DNA of 64,000 nucleotides from positions 372,001-436,000 of the forward strand of contig JBPQGU010000013.1 in NCBI GenBank assembly GCA_051362555.1. Direction: 5' to 3'. The DNA comes from Lingula anatina. Its lineage: Eukaryota; Animalia; Brachiopoda. The notes beneath the pieces were generated by a model, which was not told the origin of the DNA, made no database searches, and was given only the letters and a program-made list of their open reading frames with translations. Below, piece after piece: positions 52,901 to 64,000 of this stretch (the first letter of the stretch is position 1; the number at the start of each line of letters is the position of its first letter). The position numbers and the translations under genes are program-made.

Positions 52901-55900
52901 GCTGGAAGAGTGGTGGTGTCAACATTAAGGAAGAAATAGAGCAAAAACTCTCTCTCCCCCCCCCCCTCTCAGATTCTGTTCTCAGAGCTTATTTTTGGAT
53001 CATCTTTAAAGCTAGAATTGGGGGCCTTGATGAAGTGACCCGGGCGCGTTTCCACATTTTTTATGAATGACAGGTGTGGTAGATTGATTTTCCTCACTTT
53101 TTGGAAAAATCGGAGACGGGTCGATTTTTGGTGATTTTGAGTGATTTTGAACAGTGCCGGCACTGTGAGATTTCTTCAATTTTGGCCAGGTAGGGATGAA
53201 AATTTTTTTTCTTCATTATAGTGTCAGGTAGGTGTGTTCGGTCATTTGTAGTAAGAATAAAGTGCTGGAAGAGTGGTGGTGTCAACATTAAGGAAGAAAT
53301 AGAGCAAAAACTCTCTCTCCCCCCCCCCCTCTCAGATTCTGTTCTCAGAGCTTATTTTTGGATCATCTTTAAAGCTAGAATTGGGGGCCTTGATGAAGTG
53401 ACCCGGGCGCGTTTCCACATTTTTTATGAATGACAGGTGTGGTAGATTGATTTTCCTCACTTTTTGGAAAAATCGGAGACGGGTCGTTTTTGGTGATTTT
53501 GAGTGATTTTGAACAGTGCCGGCACTGTGAGATTTCTTTCAATTTTGGCCAGGTAGGGATGAAAATTTTTTTTCTTCATTATAGTGTCAGGTAGGTGTGT
53601 TCGGTCATTTGTAGTAAGAATAAAGTGCTGGAAGAGTGGTGGTGTCAACATTAAGGAAGAAATAGAGCAAAAACTCTCTCTCCACCCCCCCCTCTCAGAT
53701 TCTGTTCTCAGAGCTTATTTTTGGATCATCTTTAAAGCTAGAATTGGGGGCCTTGATGAAGTGACCCGGGCGCGTTTCCACATTTTTTATGAATGACAGG
53801 TGTGGTAGATTGATTTTCCTCACTTTTTGGAAAAATCGGAGACGGGTCGATTTTTGGTGATTTTGAGTGATTTTGAACAGTGCCGGCACTGTGAGATTTC
53901 TTCAATTTTGGCCAGGTAGGGATGAAAATTTTTTTTCTTCATTATAGTGTCAGGTAGGTGTGTTCGGTCATTTGTAGTAAGAATAAAGTGCTGGAAGAGT
54001 GGTGGTGTCAACATTAAGGAAGAAATAGAGCAAAAACTCTCTCTCCCCCCCCCCCCTCTCAGATTCTGTTCTCAGAGCTTATTTTTGGATCATCTTTAAA
54101 GCTAGAATTGGGGGCCTTGATGAAGTGACCCGGGCGCGTTTCCACATTTTTTATGAATGACAGGTGTGGTAGATTGATTTTCCTCACTTTTTGGAAAAAT
54201 CGGAGACGGGTCGATTTTTGGTGATTTTGAGTGATTTTGAACAGTGCCGGCACTGTGAGATTTCTTCAATTTTGGCCAGGTAGGGATGAAAATTTTTTTT
54301 CTTCATTATAGTGTCAGGTAGGTGTGTTCGGTCATTTGTAGTAAGAATAAAGTGCTGGAAGAGTGGTGGTGTCAACATTAAGGAAGAAATAGAGCAAAAA
54401 CTCTCTCTCCCCCCCCCCCTCTCAGATTCTGTTCTCAGAGCTTATTTTTGGATCATCTTTAAAGCTAGAATTGGGGGCCTTGATGAAGTGACCCGGGCGC
54501 GTTTCCACATTTTTTATGAATGACAGGTGTGGTAGATTGATTTTCCTCATTTTTTGGAAAAATCGGAGACGGGTCGATTTTTGGTGATTTTGAGTGATTT
54601 TGAACAGTGCCGGCACTGTGAGATTTCTTCAATTTTGGCCAGGTAGGGATGAAAATTTTTTTTCTTCATTATAGTGTCAGGTAGGTGTGTTCGGTCATTT
54701 GTAGTAAGAATAAAGTGCTGGAAGAGTGGTGGTGTCAACATTAAGGAAGAAATAGAGCAAAAACTCTCTCTCCCCCCCCCCCTCTCAGATTCTGTTCTCA
54801 GAGCTTATTTTTGGATCATCTTTAAAGCTAGAATTGGGGGACTTGATGAAGTTACCCGGGCGCGTTTCCACATTTTTTATGAATGACAGGTGTGGTAGAT
54901 TGATTTTCCTCACTTTTTGGAAAAATCGGAGACGGGTCGATTTTTGGTGATTTTGAGTGATTTTGAACAGTGCCGGCACTGTGAGATTTCTTCAATTTTG
55001 GCCAGGTAGGGATGAAAATTTTTTTTCTTCATTATAGTGTCAGGTAGGTGTGTTCGGTCATTTGTAGTAAGAATAAAGTGCTGGAAGAGTGGTGGTGTCA
55101 ACATTAAGGAAGAAATAGAGCAAAAACTCTCTCTCCCCCCCCCCTCTCAGATTCTGTTCTCAGAGCTTATTTTTGGATCATCTTTAAAGCTAGAATTGGG
55201 GGCCTTGATGAAGTGACCCGGGCACGTTTCCACATTTTTTATGAATGACAGGTGTGGTAGATTGATTTTCCTCACTTTTTGGAAAAATCGGAGACGGGTC
55301 GATTTTTGGTGATTTTGAGTGATTTTGAACAGTGCCGGCACTGTGAGATTTCTTCAATTTTGGCCAGGTAGGGATGAAAATTTTTTTTCTTCATTATAGT
55401 GTCAGGTAGGTGTGTTCGGTCATTTGTAGTAAGAATAAAGTGCTGGAAGAGTGGTGGTGTCAACATTAAGGAAGAAATAGAGCAAAAACTCTCTCTCCCC
55501 CCCCCCTCTCAGATTCTGTTCTCAGAGCTTATTTTTGGATCATCTTTAAAGCTAGAATTGGGGGCCTTGATGAAGTGACCCGGGCGCGTTTCCACATTTT
55601 TTATGAATGACAGGTGTGGTAGATTGATTTTCCTCACTTTTTGGAAAAATCGGAGACGGGTCGATTTTTGGTGATTTTGAGTGATTTTGAACAGTGCCGG
55701 CACTGTGAGATTTCTTCAATTTTGGCCAGGTAGGGATGAAAATTTTTTTTCTTCATTATAGTGTCAGGTAGGTGTGTTCGGTCATTTGTAGTAAGAATAA
55801 AGTGCTGGAAGAGTGGTGGTGTCAACATTAAGGAAGAAATAGAGCAAAAACTCTCTCTCCCCCCCCCCCCTCTCAGATTCTGTTCTCAGAGCTTATTTTT

Positions 55901-58900
55901 GGATCATCTTTAAAGCTAGAATTGGGGGCCTTGATGAAGTGACCCGGGCGCGTTTCCACATTTTTTATGAATGACAGGTGTGGTAGATTGATTTTCCTCA
56001 CTTTTTGGAAAAATCGGAGACGGGTCGATTTTTGGTGATTTTGAGTGATTTTGAACAGTGCCGGCACTGTGAGATTTCTTCAATTTTGGCCAGGTAGGGA
56101 TGAAAATTTTTTTTCTTCATTATAGTGTCAGGTAGGTGTGTTCGGTCATTTGTAGTAAGAATAAAGTGCTGGAAGAGTGGTGGTGTCAACATTAAGGAAG
56201 AAATAGAGCAAAAACTCTCTCTCCCCCCCCCCCCTCTCAGATTCTGTTCTCAGAGCTTATTTTTGGATCATCTTTAAAGCTAGAATTGGGGGCCTTGATG
56301 AAGTGACCCGGGCGCGTTTCCACATTTTTTATGAATGACAGGTGTGGTAGATTGATTTTCCTCACTTTTTGGAAAAATCGGAGACGGGTCGATTTTTGGT
56401 GATTTTGAGTGATTTTGAACAGTGCCGGCACTGTGAGATTTCTTCAATTTTGGCCAGGTAGGGATGAAAATTTTTTTTCTTCATTATAGTGTCAGGTAGG
56501 TGTGTTCGGTCATTTGTAGTAAGAATAAAGTGCTGGAAGAGTGGTGGTGTCAACATTAAGGAAGAAATAGAGCAAAAACTCTCTCTCCCCCCCCCCCCTC
56601 TCAGATTCTGTTCTCAGAGCTTATTTTTGGATCATCTTTAAAGCTAGAATTGGGGGCCTTGATGAAGTGACCCGGGCGCGTTTCCACATTTTTTATGAAT
56701 GACAGGTGTGGTAGATTGATTTTCCTCACTTTTTGGAAAAATCGGAGACGGGTCGATTTTTGGTGATTTTGAGTGATTTTGAACAGTGCCGGCACTGTGA
56801 GATTTCTTCAATTTTGGCCAGGTAGGGATGAAAATTTTTTTTCTTCATTATAGTGTCAGGTAGGTGTGTTCGGTCATTTGTAGTAAGAATAAAGTGCTGG
56901 AAGAGTGGTGGTGTCAACATTAAGGAAGAAATAGAGCAAAAACTCTCTCTCCCCCCCCCCCCTCTCAGATTCTGTTCTCAGAGCTTATTTTTGGATCATC
57001 TTTAAAGCTAGAATTGGGGGCCTTGATGAAGTGACCCGGGCGCGTTTCCACATTTTTTATGAATGACAGGTGTGGTAGATTGATTTTCCTCACTTTTTGG
57101 AAAAATCGGAGACGGGTCGATTTTTGGTGATTTTGAGTGATTTTGAACAGTGCCGGCACTGTGAGATTTCTTCAATTTTGGCCAGGTAGGGATGAAAATT
57201 TTTTTTCTTCATTATAGTGTCAGGTAGGTGTGTTCGGTCATTTGTAGTAAGAATAAAGTGCTGGAAGAGTGGTGGTGTCAACATTAAGGAAGAAATAGAG
57301 CAAAAACTCTCTCTCCCCCCCCCCCTCTCAGATTCTGTTCTCAGAGCTTATTTTTGGATCATCTTTAAAGCTAGAATTGGGGGCCTTGATGAAGTGACCC
57401 GGGCGCGTTTCCACATTTTTTATGAATGACAGGTGTGGTAGATTGATTTTCCTCACTTTTTGGAAAAATCGGAGACGGGTCGATTTTTGGTGATTTTGAG
57501 TGATTTTGAACAGTGCCGGCACTGTGAGATTTCTTCAATTTTGGCCAGGTAGGGATGAAAATTTTTTTTCTTCATTATAGTGTCAGGTAGGTGTGTTCGG
57601 TCATTTGTAGTAAGAATAAAGTGCTGGAAGAGTGGTGGTGTCAACATTAAGGAAGAAATAGAGCAAAAACTCTCTCTCCCCCCCCCCCTCTCAGATTCTG
57701 TTCTCAGAGCTTATTTTTGGATCATCTTTAAAGCTAGAATTGGGGGCCTTGATGAAGTGACCCGGGCGCGTTTCCACATTTTTTATGAATGACAGGTGTG
57801 GTAGATTGATTTTCCTCACTTTTTGGAAAAATCGGAGACGGGTCGATTTTTGGTGATTTTGAGTGATTTTGAACAGTGCCGGCACTGTGAGATTTCTTCA
57901 ATTTTGGCCAGGTAGGGATGAAAATTTTTTTTCTTCATTATAGTGTCAGGTAGGTGTGTTCGGTCATTTGTAGTAAGAATAAAGTGCTGGAAGAGTGGTG
58001 GTGTCAACATTAAGGAAGAAATAGAGCAAAAACTCTCTCTCCCCCCCCCCCTCTCAGATTCTGTTCTCAGAGCTTATTTTTGGATCATCTTTAAAGCTAG
58101 AATTGGGGGCCTTGATGAAGTGACCCGGGCGCGTTTCCACATTTTTTATGAATGACAGGTGTGGTAGATTGATTTTCCTCACTTTTTGGAAAAATCGGAG
58201 ACGGGTCGATTTTTGGTGATTTTGAGTGATTTTGAACAGTGCCGGCACTGTGAGATTTCTTCAATTTTGGCCAGGTAGGGATGAAAATTTTTTTTCTTCA
58301 TTATAGTGTCAGGTAGGTGTGTTCGGTCATTTGTAGTAAGAATAAAGTGCTGGAAGAGTGGTGGTGTCAACATTAAGGAAGAAATAGAGCAAAAACTCTC
58401 TCTCCCCCCCCCCCTCTCAGATTCTGTTCTCAGAGCTTATTTTTGGATCATCTTTAAAGCTAGAATTGGGGGCCTTGATGAAGTGACCCGGGCGCGTTTC
58501 CACATTTTTTATGAATGACAGGTGTGGTAAGATTGATTTTCCTCACTTTTTGGAAAAATCGGAGACGGGTCGATTTTTGGTGATTTTGAGTGATTTTGAA
58601 CAGTGCCGGCACTGTGAGATTTCTTCAATTTTGGCCAGGTAGGGATGAAAATTTTTTTTCTTCATTATAGTGTCAGGTAGGTGTGTTCGGTCATTTGTAG
58701 TAAGAATAAAGTGCTGGAAGAGTGGTGGTGTCAACATTAAGGAAGAAATAGAGCAAAAACTCTCTCTCCCCCCCCCCCTCTCAGATTCTGTTCTCAGAGC
58801 TTATTTTTGGATCATCTTTAAAGCTAGAATTGGGGGCCTTGATGAAGTGACCCGGGCGCGTTTCCACATTTTTTATGAATGACAGGTGTGGTAGATTGAT

Positions 58901-61900
58901 TTTCCTCACTTTTTGGAAAAATCGGAGACGGGTCGATTTTTGGTGATTTTGAGTGATTTTGAACAGTGCCGGCACTGTGAGATTTCTTCAATTTTGGCCA
59001 GGTAGGGATGAAAATTTTTTTTCTTCATTATAGTGTCAGGTAGGTGTGTTCGGTCATTTGTAGTAAGAATAAAGTGCTGGAAGAGTGGTGGTGTCAACAT
59101 TAAGGAAGAAATAGAGCAAAAACTCTCTCTCCCCCCCCCCCTCTCAGATTCTGTTCTCAGAGCTTATTTTTGGATCATCTTTAAAGCTAGAATTGGGGGC
59201 CTTGATGAAGTGACCCGGGCGCGTTTCCACATTTTTTATGAATGACAGGTGTGGTAGATTGATTTTCCTCACTTTTTGGAAAAATCGGAGACGGGTCGAT
59301 TTTTGGTGATTTTGAGTGATTTTGAACAGTGCCGGCACTGTGAGATTTCTTCAATTTTGGCCAGGTAGGGATGAAAATTTTTTTTCTTCATTATAGTGTC
59401 AGGTAGGTGTGTTCGGTCATTTGTAGTAAGAATAAAGTGCTGGAAGAGTGGTGGTGTCAACATTAAGGAAGAAATAGAGCAAAAACTCTCTCTCCCCCCC
59501 CCCCTCTCAGATTCTGTTCTCAGAGCTTATTTTTGGATCATCTTTAAAGCTAGAATTGGGGGCCTTGATGAAGTGACCCGGGCGCGTTTCCACATTTTTT
59601 ATGAATGACAGGTGTGGTAGATTGATTTTCCTCACTTTTTGGAAAAATCGGAGACGGGTCGATTTTTGGTGATTTTGAGTGATTTTGAACAGTGCCGGCA
59701 CTGTGAGATTTCTTCAATTTTGGCCAGGTAGGGATGAAAATTTTTTTTCTTCATTATAGTGTCAGGTAGGTGTGTTCGGTCATTTGTAGTAAGAATAAAG
59801 TGCTGGAAGAGTGGTGGTGTCAACATTAAGGAAGAAATAGAGCAAAAACTCTCTCTCCCCCCCCCCCTCTCAGATTCTGTTCTCAGAGCTTATTTTTGGA
59901 TCATCTTTAAAGCTAGAATTGGGGGCCTTGATGAAGTGACCCGGGCGCGTTTCCACATTTTTTATGAATGACAGGTGTGGTAGATTGATTTTCCTCACTT
60001 TTTGGAAAAATCGGAGACGGGTCGATTTTTGGTGATTTTGAGTGATTTTGAACAGTGCCGGCACTGTGAGATTTCTTCAATTTTGGCCAGGTAGGGATGA
60101 AAATTTTTTTTCTTCATTATAGTGTCAGGTAGGTGTGTTCGGTCATTTGTAGTAAGAATAAAGTGCTGGAAGAGTGGTGGTGTCAACATTAAGGAAGAAA
60201 TAGAGCAAAAACTCTCTCTCCCCCCCCCCCTCTCAGATTCTGTTCTCAGAGCTTATTTTTGGATCATCTTTAAAGCTAGAATTGGGGGCCTTGATGAAGT
60301 GACCCGGGCGCGTTTCCACATTTTTTATGAATGACAGGTGTGGTAGATTGATTTTCCTCACTTTTTGGAAAAATCGGAGACGGGTCGATTTTTGGTGATT
60401 TTGAGTGATTTTGAACAGTGCCGGCACTGTGAGATTTCTTCAATTTTGGCCAGGTAGGGATGAAAATTTTTTTTCTTCATTATAGTGTCAGGTAGGTGTG
60501 TTCGGTCATTTGTAGTAAGAATAAAGTGCTGGAAGAGTGGTGGTGTCAACATTAAGGAAGAAATAGAGCAAAAACTCTCTCTCCCCCCCCCCCCTCTCAG
60601 ATTCTGTTCTCAGAGCTTATTTTTGGATCATCTTTAAAGCTAGAATTGGGGGCCTTGATGAAGTGACCCGGGCGCGTTTCCACATTTTTTATGAATGACA
60701 GGTGTGGTAGATTGATTTTCCTCACTTTTTGGAAAAATCGGAGACGGGTCGATTTTTGGTGATTTTGAGTGATTTTGAACAGTGCCGGCACTGTGAGATT
60801 TCTTCAATTTTGGCCAGGTAGGGATGAAAATTTTTTTTCTTCATTATAGTGTCAGGTAGGTGTGTTCGGTCATTTGTAGTAAGAATAAAGTGCTGGAAGA
60901 GTGGTGGTGTCAACATTAAGGAAGAAATAGAGCAAAAACTCTCTCTCCCCCCCCCCCTCTCAGATTCTGTTCTCAGAGCTTATTTTTGGATCATCTTTAA
61001 AGCTAGAATTGGGGGCCTTGATGAAGTGACCCGGGCGCGTTTCCACATTTTTTATGAATGACAGGTGTGGTAGATTGATTTTCCTCACTTTTTGGAAAAA
61101 TCGGAGACGGGTCGATTTTTGGTGATTTTGAGTGATTTTGAACAGTGCCGGCACTGTGAGATTTCTTCAATTTTGGCCAGGTAGGGATGAAAATTTTTTT
61201 TCTTCATTATAGTGTCAGGTAGGTGTGTTCGGTCATTTGTAGTAAGAATAAAGTGCTGGAAGAGTGGTGGTGTCAACATTAAGGAAGAAATAGAGCAAAA
61301 ACTTCTCCCCCCCCCCCCCTCTCAGATTCTGTTCTCAGAGCTTATTTTTGGATCATCTTTAAAGCTAGAATTGGGGGCCTTGATGAAGTGACCCGGGCGC
61401 GTTTCCACATTTTTTATGAATGACAGGTGTGGTAGATTGATTTTCCTCACTTTTTGGAAAAATCGGAGACGGGTCGATTTTTGGTGATTTTGAGTGATTT
61501 TGAACAGTGCCGGCACTGTGAGATTTCTTCAATTTTGGCCAGGTAGGGATGAAAATTTTTTTTCTTCATTATAGTGTCAGGTAGGTGTGTTCGGTCATTT
61601 GTAGTAAGAATAAAGTGCTGGAAGAGTGGTGGTGTCAACATTAAGGAAGAAATAGAGCAAAAACTCTCTCTCCCCCCCCCCCCTCTCAGATTCTGTTCTC
61701 AGAGCTTATTTTTGGATCATCTTTAAAGCTAGAATTGGGGGCCTTGATGAAGTGACCCGGGCGCGTTTCCACATTTTTTATGAATGACAGGTGTGGTAGA
61801 TTGATTTTCCTCACTTTTTGGAAAAATCGGAGACGGGTCGATTTTTGGTGATTTTGAGTGATTTTGAACAGTGCCGGCACTGTGAGATTTCTTCAATTTT

Positions 61901-64000
61901 GGCCAGGTAGGGATGAAAATTTTTTTTCTTCATTATAGTGTCAGGTAGGTGTGTTCGGTCATTTGTAGTAAGAATAAAGTGCTGGAAGAGTGGTGGTGTC
62001 AACATTAAGGAAGAAATAGAGCAAAAACTCTCTCTCCCCCCCCCCCTCTCAGATTCTGTTCTCAGAGCTTATTTTTGGATCATCTTTAAAGCTAGAATTG
62101 GGGGCCTTGATGAAGTGACCCGGGCGCGTTTCCACATTTTTTATGAATGACAGGTGTGGTAGATTGATTTTCCTCACTTTTTGGAAAAATCGGAGACGGG
62201 TCGATTTTTGGTGATTTTGAGTGATTTTGAACAGTGCCGGCACTGTGAGATTTCTTCAATTTTGGCCAGGTAGGGATGAAAATTTTTTTTCTTCATTATA
62301 GTGTCAGGTAGGTGTGTTCGGTCATTTGTAGTAAGAATAAAGTGCTGGAAGAGTGGTGGTGTCAACATTAAGGAAGAAATAGAGCAAAAACTCTCTCTCC
62401 CCCCCCCCCTCTCAGATTCTGTTCTCAGAGCTTATTTTTGGATCATCTTTAAAGCTAGAATTGGGGGCCTTGATGAAGTGACCCGGGCGCGTTTCCACAT
62501 TTTTTATGAATGACAGGTGTGGTAGATTGATTTTCCTCACTTTTTGGAAAAATCGGAGACGGGTCGATTTTTGGTGATTTTGAGTGATTTTGAACAGTGC
62601 CTGGCACTGTGAGATTTCTTCAATTTTGGCCAGGTAGGGATGAAAATTTTTTTTCTTCATTATAGTGTCAGGTAGGTGTGTTCGGTCATTTGTAGTAAGA
62701 ATAAAGTGCTGGAAGAGTGGTGGTGTCAACATTAAGGAAGAAATAGAGCAAAAACTCTCTCTCCCCCCCCCCCCTCTCAGATTCTGTTCTCAGAGCTTAT
62801 TTTTGGATCATCTTTAAAGCTAGAATTGGGGGCCTTGATGAAGTGACCCGGGCGCGTTTCCACATTTTTTATGAATGACAGGTGTGGTAGATTGATTTTC
62901 CTCACTTTTTGGAAAAATCGGAGACGGGTCGATTTTTGGTGATTTTGAGTGATTTTGAACAGTGCCGGCACTGTGAGATTTCTTCAATTTTGGCCAGGTA
63001 GGGATGAAAATTTTTTTTCTTCATTATAGTGTCAGGTAGGTGTGTTCGGTCATTTGTAGTAAGAATAAAGTGCTGGAAGAGTGGTGGTGTCAACATTAAG
63101 GAAGAAATAGAGCAAAAACTCTCTCTCCCCCCCCCCCTCTCAGATTCTGTTCTCAGAGCTTATTTTTGGATCATCTTTAAAGCTAGAATTGGGGGCCTTG
63201 ATGAAGTGACCCGGGCGCGTTTCCACATTTTTTATGAATGACAGGTGTGGTAGATTGATTTTCCTCACTTTTTGGAAAAATCGGAGACGGGTCGATTTTT
63301 GGTGATTTTGAGTGATTTTGAACAGTGCCGGCACTGTGAGATTTCTTCAATTTTGGCCAGGTAGGGATGAAAATTTTTTTTCTTCATTATAGTGTCAGGT
63401 AGGTGTGTTCGGTCATTTGTAGTAAGAATAAAGTGCTGGAAGAGTGGTGGTGTCAACATTAAGGAAGAAATAGAGCAAAAACTCTCTCTCCCCCCCCCCC
63501 TCTCAGATTCTGTTCTCAGAGCTTATTTTTGGATCATCTTTAAAGCTAGAATTGGGGGCCTTGATGAAGTGACCCGGGCGCGTTTCCACATTTTTTATGA
63601 ATGACAGGTGTGGTAGATTGATTTTCCTCACTTTTTGGAAAAATCGGAGACGGGTCGATTTTTGGTGATAGGGATGAAAATTTTTTTTCTTCATTATAGT
63701 GTCAGGTAGGTGTGTTTCGGTCATTTGTAGTAAGAATAAAAGTGCTGGAAGAGTGGTGGTGTCAACATTAAGGAAGAAATAGAGCAAAAACTCTCTCTCT
63801 CCACCCCCCCCCCCCCCCACCCCCCCCCTCTCAGATTCTGTTCTCAGAGCTTATTTTTGGATCATCTTTAAAGCTAGAATTGGGGGCCTTGATGAAGTGA
63901 CCCGGGCGCGTTTCCACATTTTTTATGAATGACAGGTGTGGTAGATTGATTTTCCTCACTTTTTGGAAAAATCGGAGACGGGTCGATTTTTGGTGATTTT
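37938..64000. repeat. Satellite DNA array 3, 362-364-bp monomer, ~72 copies, highly homogeneous, runs off the right edge
   Basis: Begins abruptly at TCCGTGA|TTGGCCAGGTAGGG. All monomers carry TTTTCCTCA (KVRK versus KVTK in the ORF track). Variation is mostly in C-tract length. Confidence 0.99.

Noticed and set aside
108-63820. Hundreds of repeated 64-70 aa ORFs (MLTPPLFQ..., MPALFKIT..., MSGRCVRS...) as a tandem gene array
   Set aside because: They overlap in three frames on both strands, use non-ATG starts, are freely frameshifted by homopolymer changes and show no recognisable domain. They are by-products of the satellite.
63700-63830. Expanded, interrupted C-tract and extra bases in the penultimate monomer
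   Set aside because: Clustered 1-bp insertions and an irregular homopolymer look like low-quality sequence and cannot be treated as biological without reads.
1-64000. CRISPR array or repeat-spacer system
   Set aside because: Repeats are contiguous with no unique spacers, there are no cas-like ORFs, and the context is eukaryotic.

Overview
AT-rich eukaryotic heterochromatin, probably from a marine invertebrate (inferred from the TE types and TACATGTA enrichment; not proven). About 60% of the window is one ~362-bp satellite, always in the same orientation, in three arrays. Array 1 (1-11176, ~31 monomers) is heterogeneous, array 2 (17127-18635, ~4 monomers) is a short duplicated block, and array 3 (37938-end, ~72 monomers) is almost homogeneous and fixed for a diagnostic G>C change. 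The ~27-kb island between arrays 1 and 3 is a transposon graveyard. It holds a ~7.5-kb near-identical tandem duplication, two decayed DIRS/Ngaro-type tyrosine-recombinase retroelements in tail-to-tail orientation, a 2.9-kb TIR element with a perfect 9-bp TSD and GC-rich MITEs with apparent 5-bp TSDs. It also holds Helentron/HINE-like pieces, an intron-containing Kolobok-like transposase remnant, a LINE 3' end and a 34-bp minisatellite. I found no intact protein-coding gene, RNA gene or CRISPR array; the hundreds of repeated 64-70 aa ORFs are satellite artefacts. I cannot support a new functional system here. The most interesting signals are a TA/TACATGTA transposon-footprint difference between the two duplicate copies, a degenerate 180-bp tandem repeat suggesting the 362-bp satellite is an old dimer, and a 16-bp palindrome in the monomer that attracts indels.
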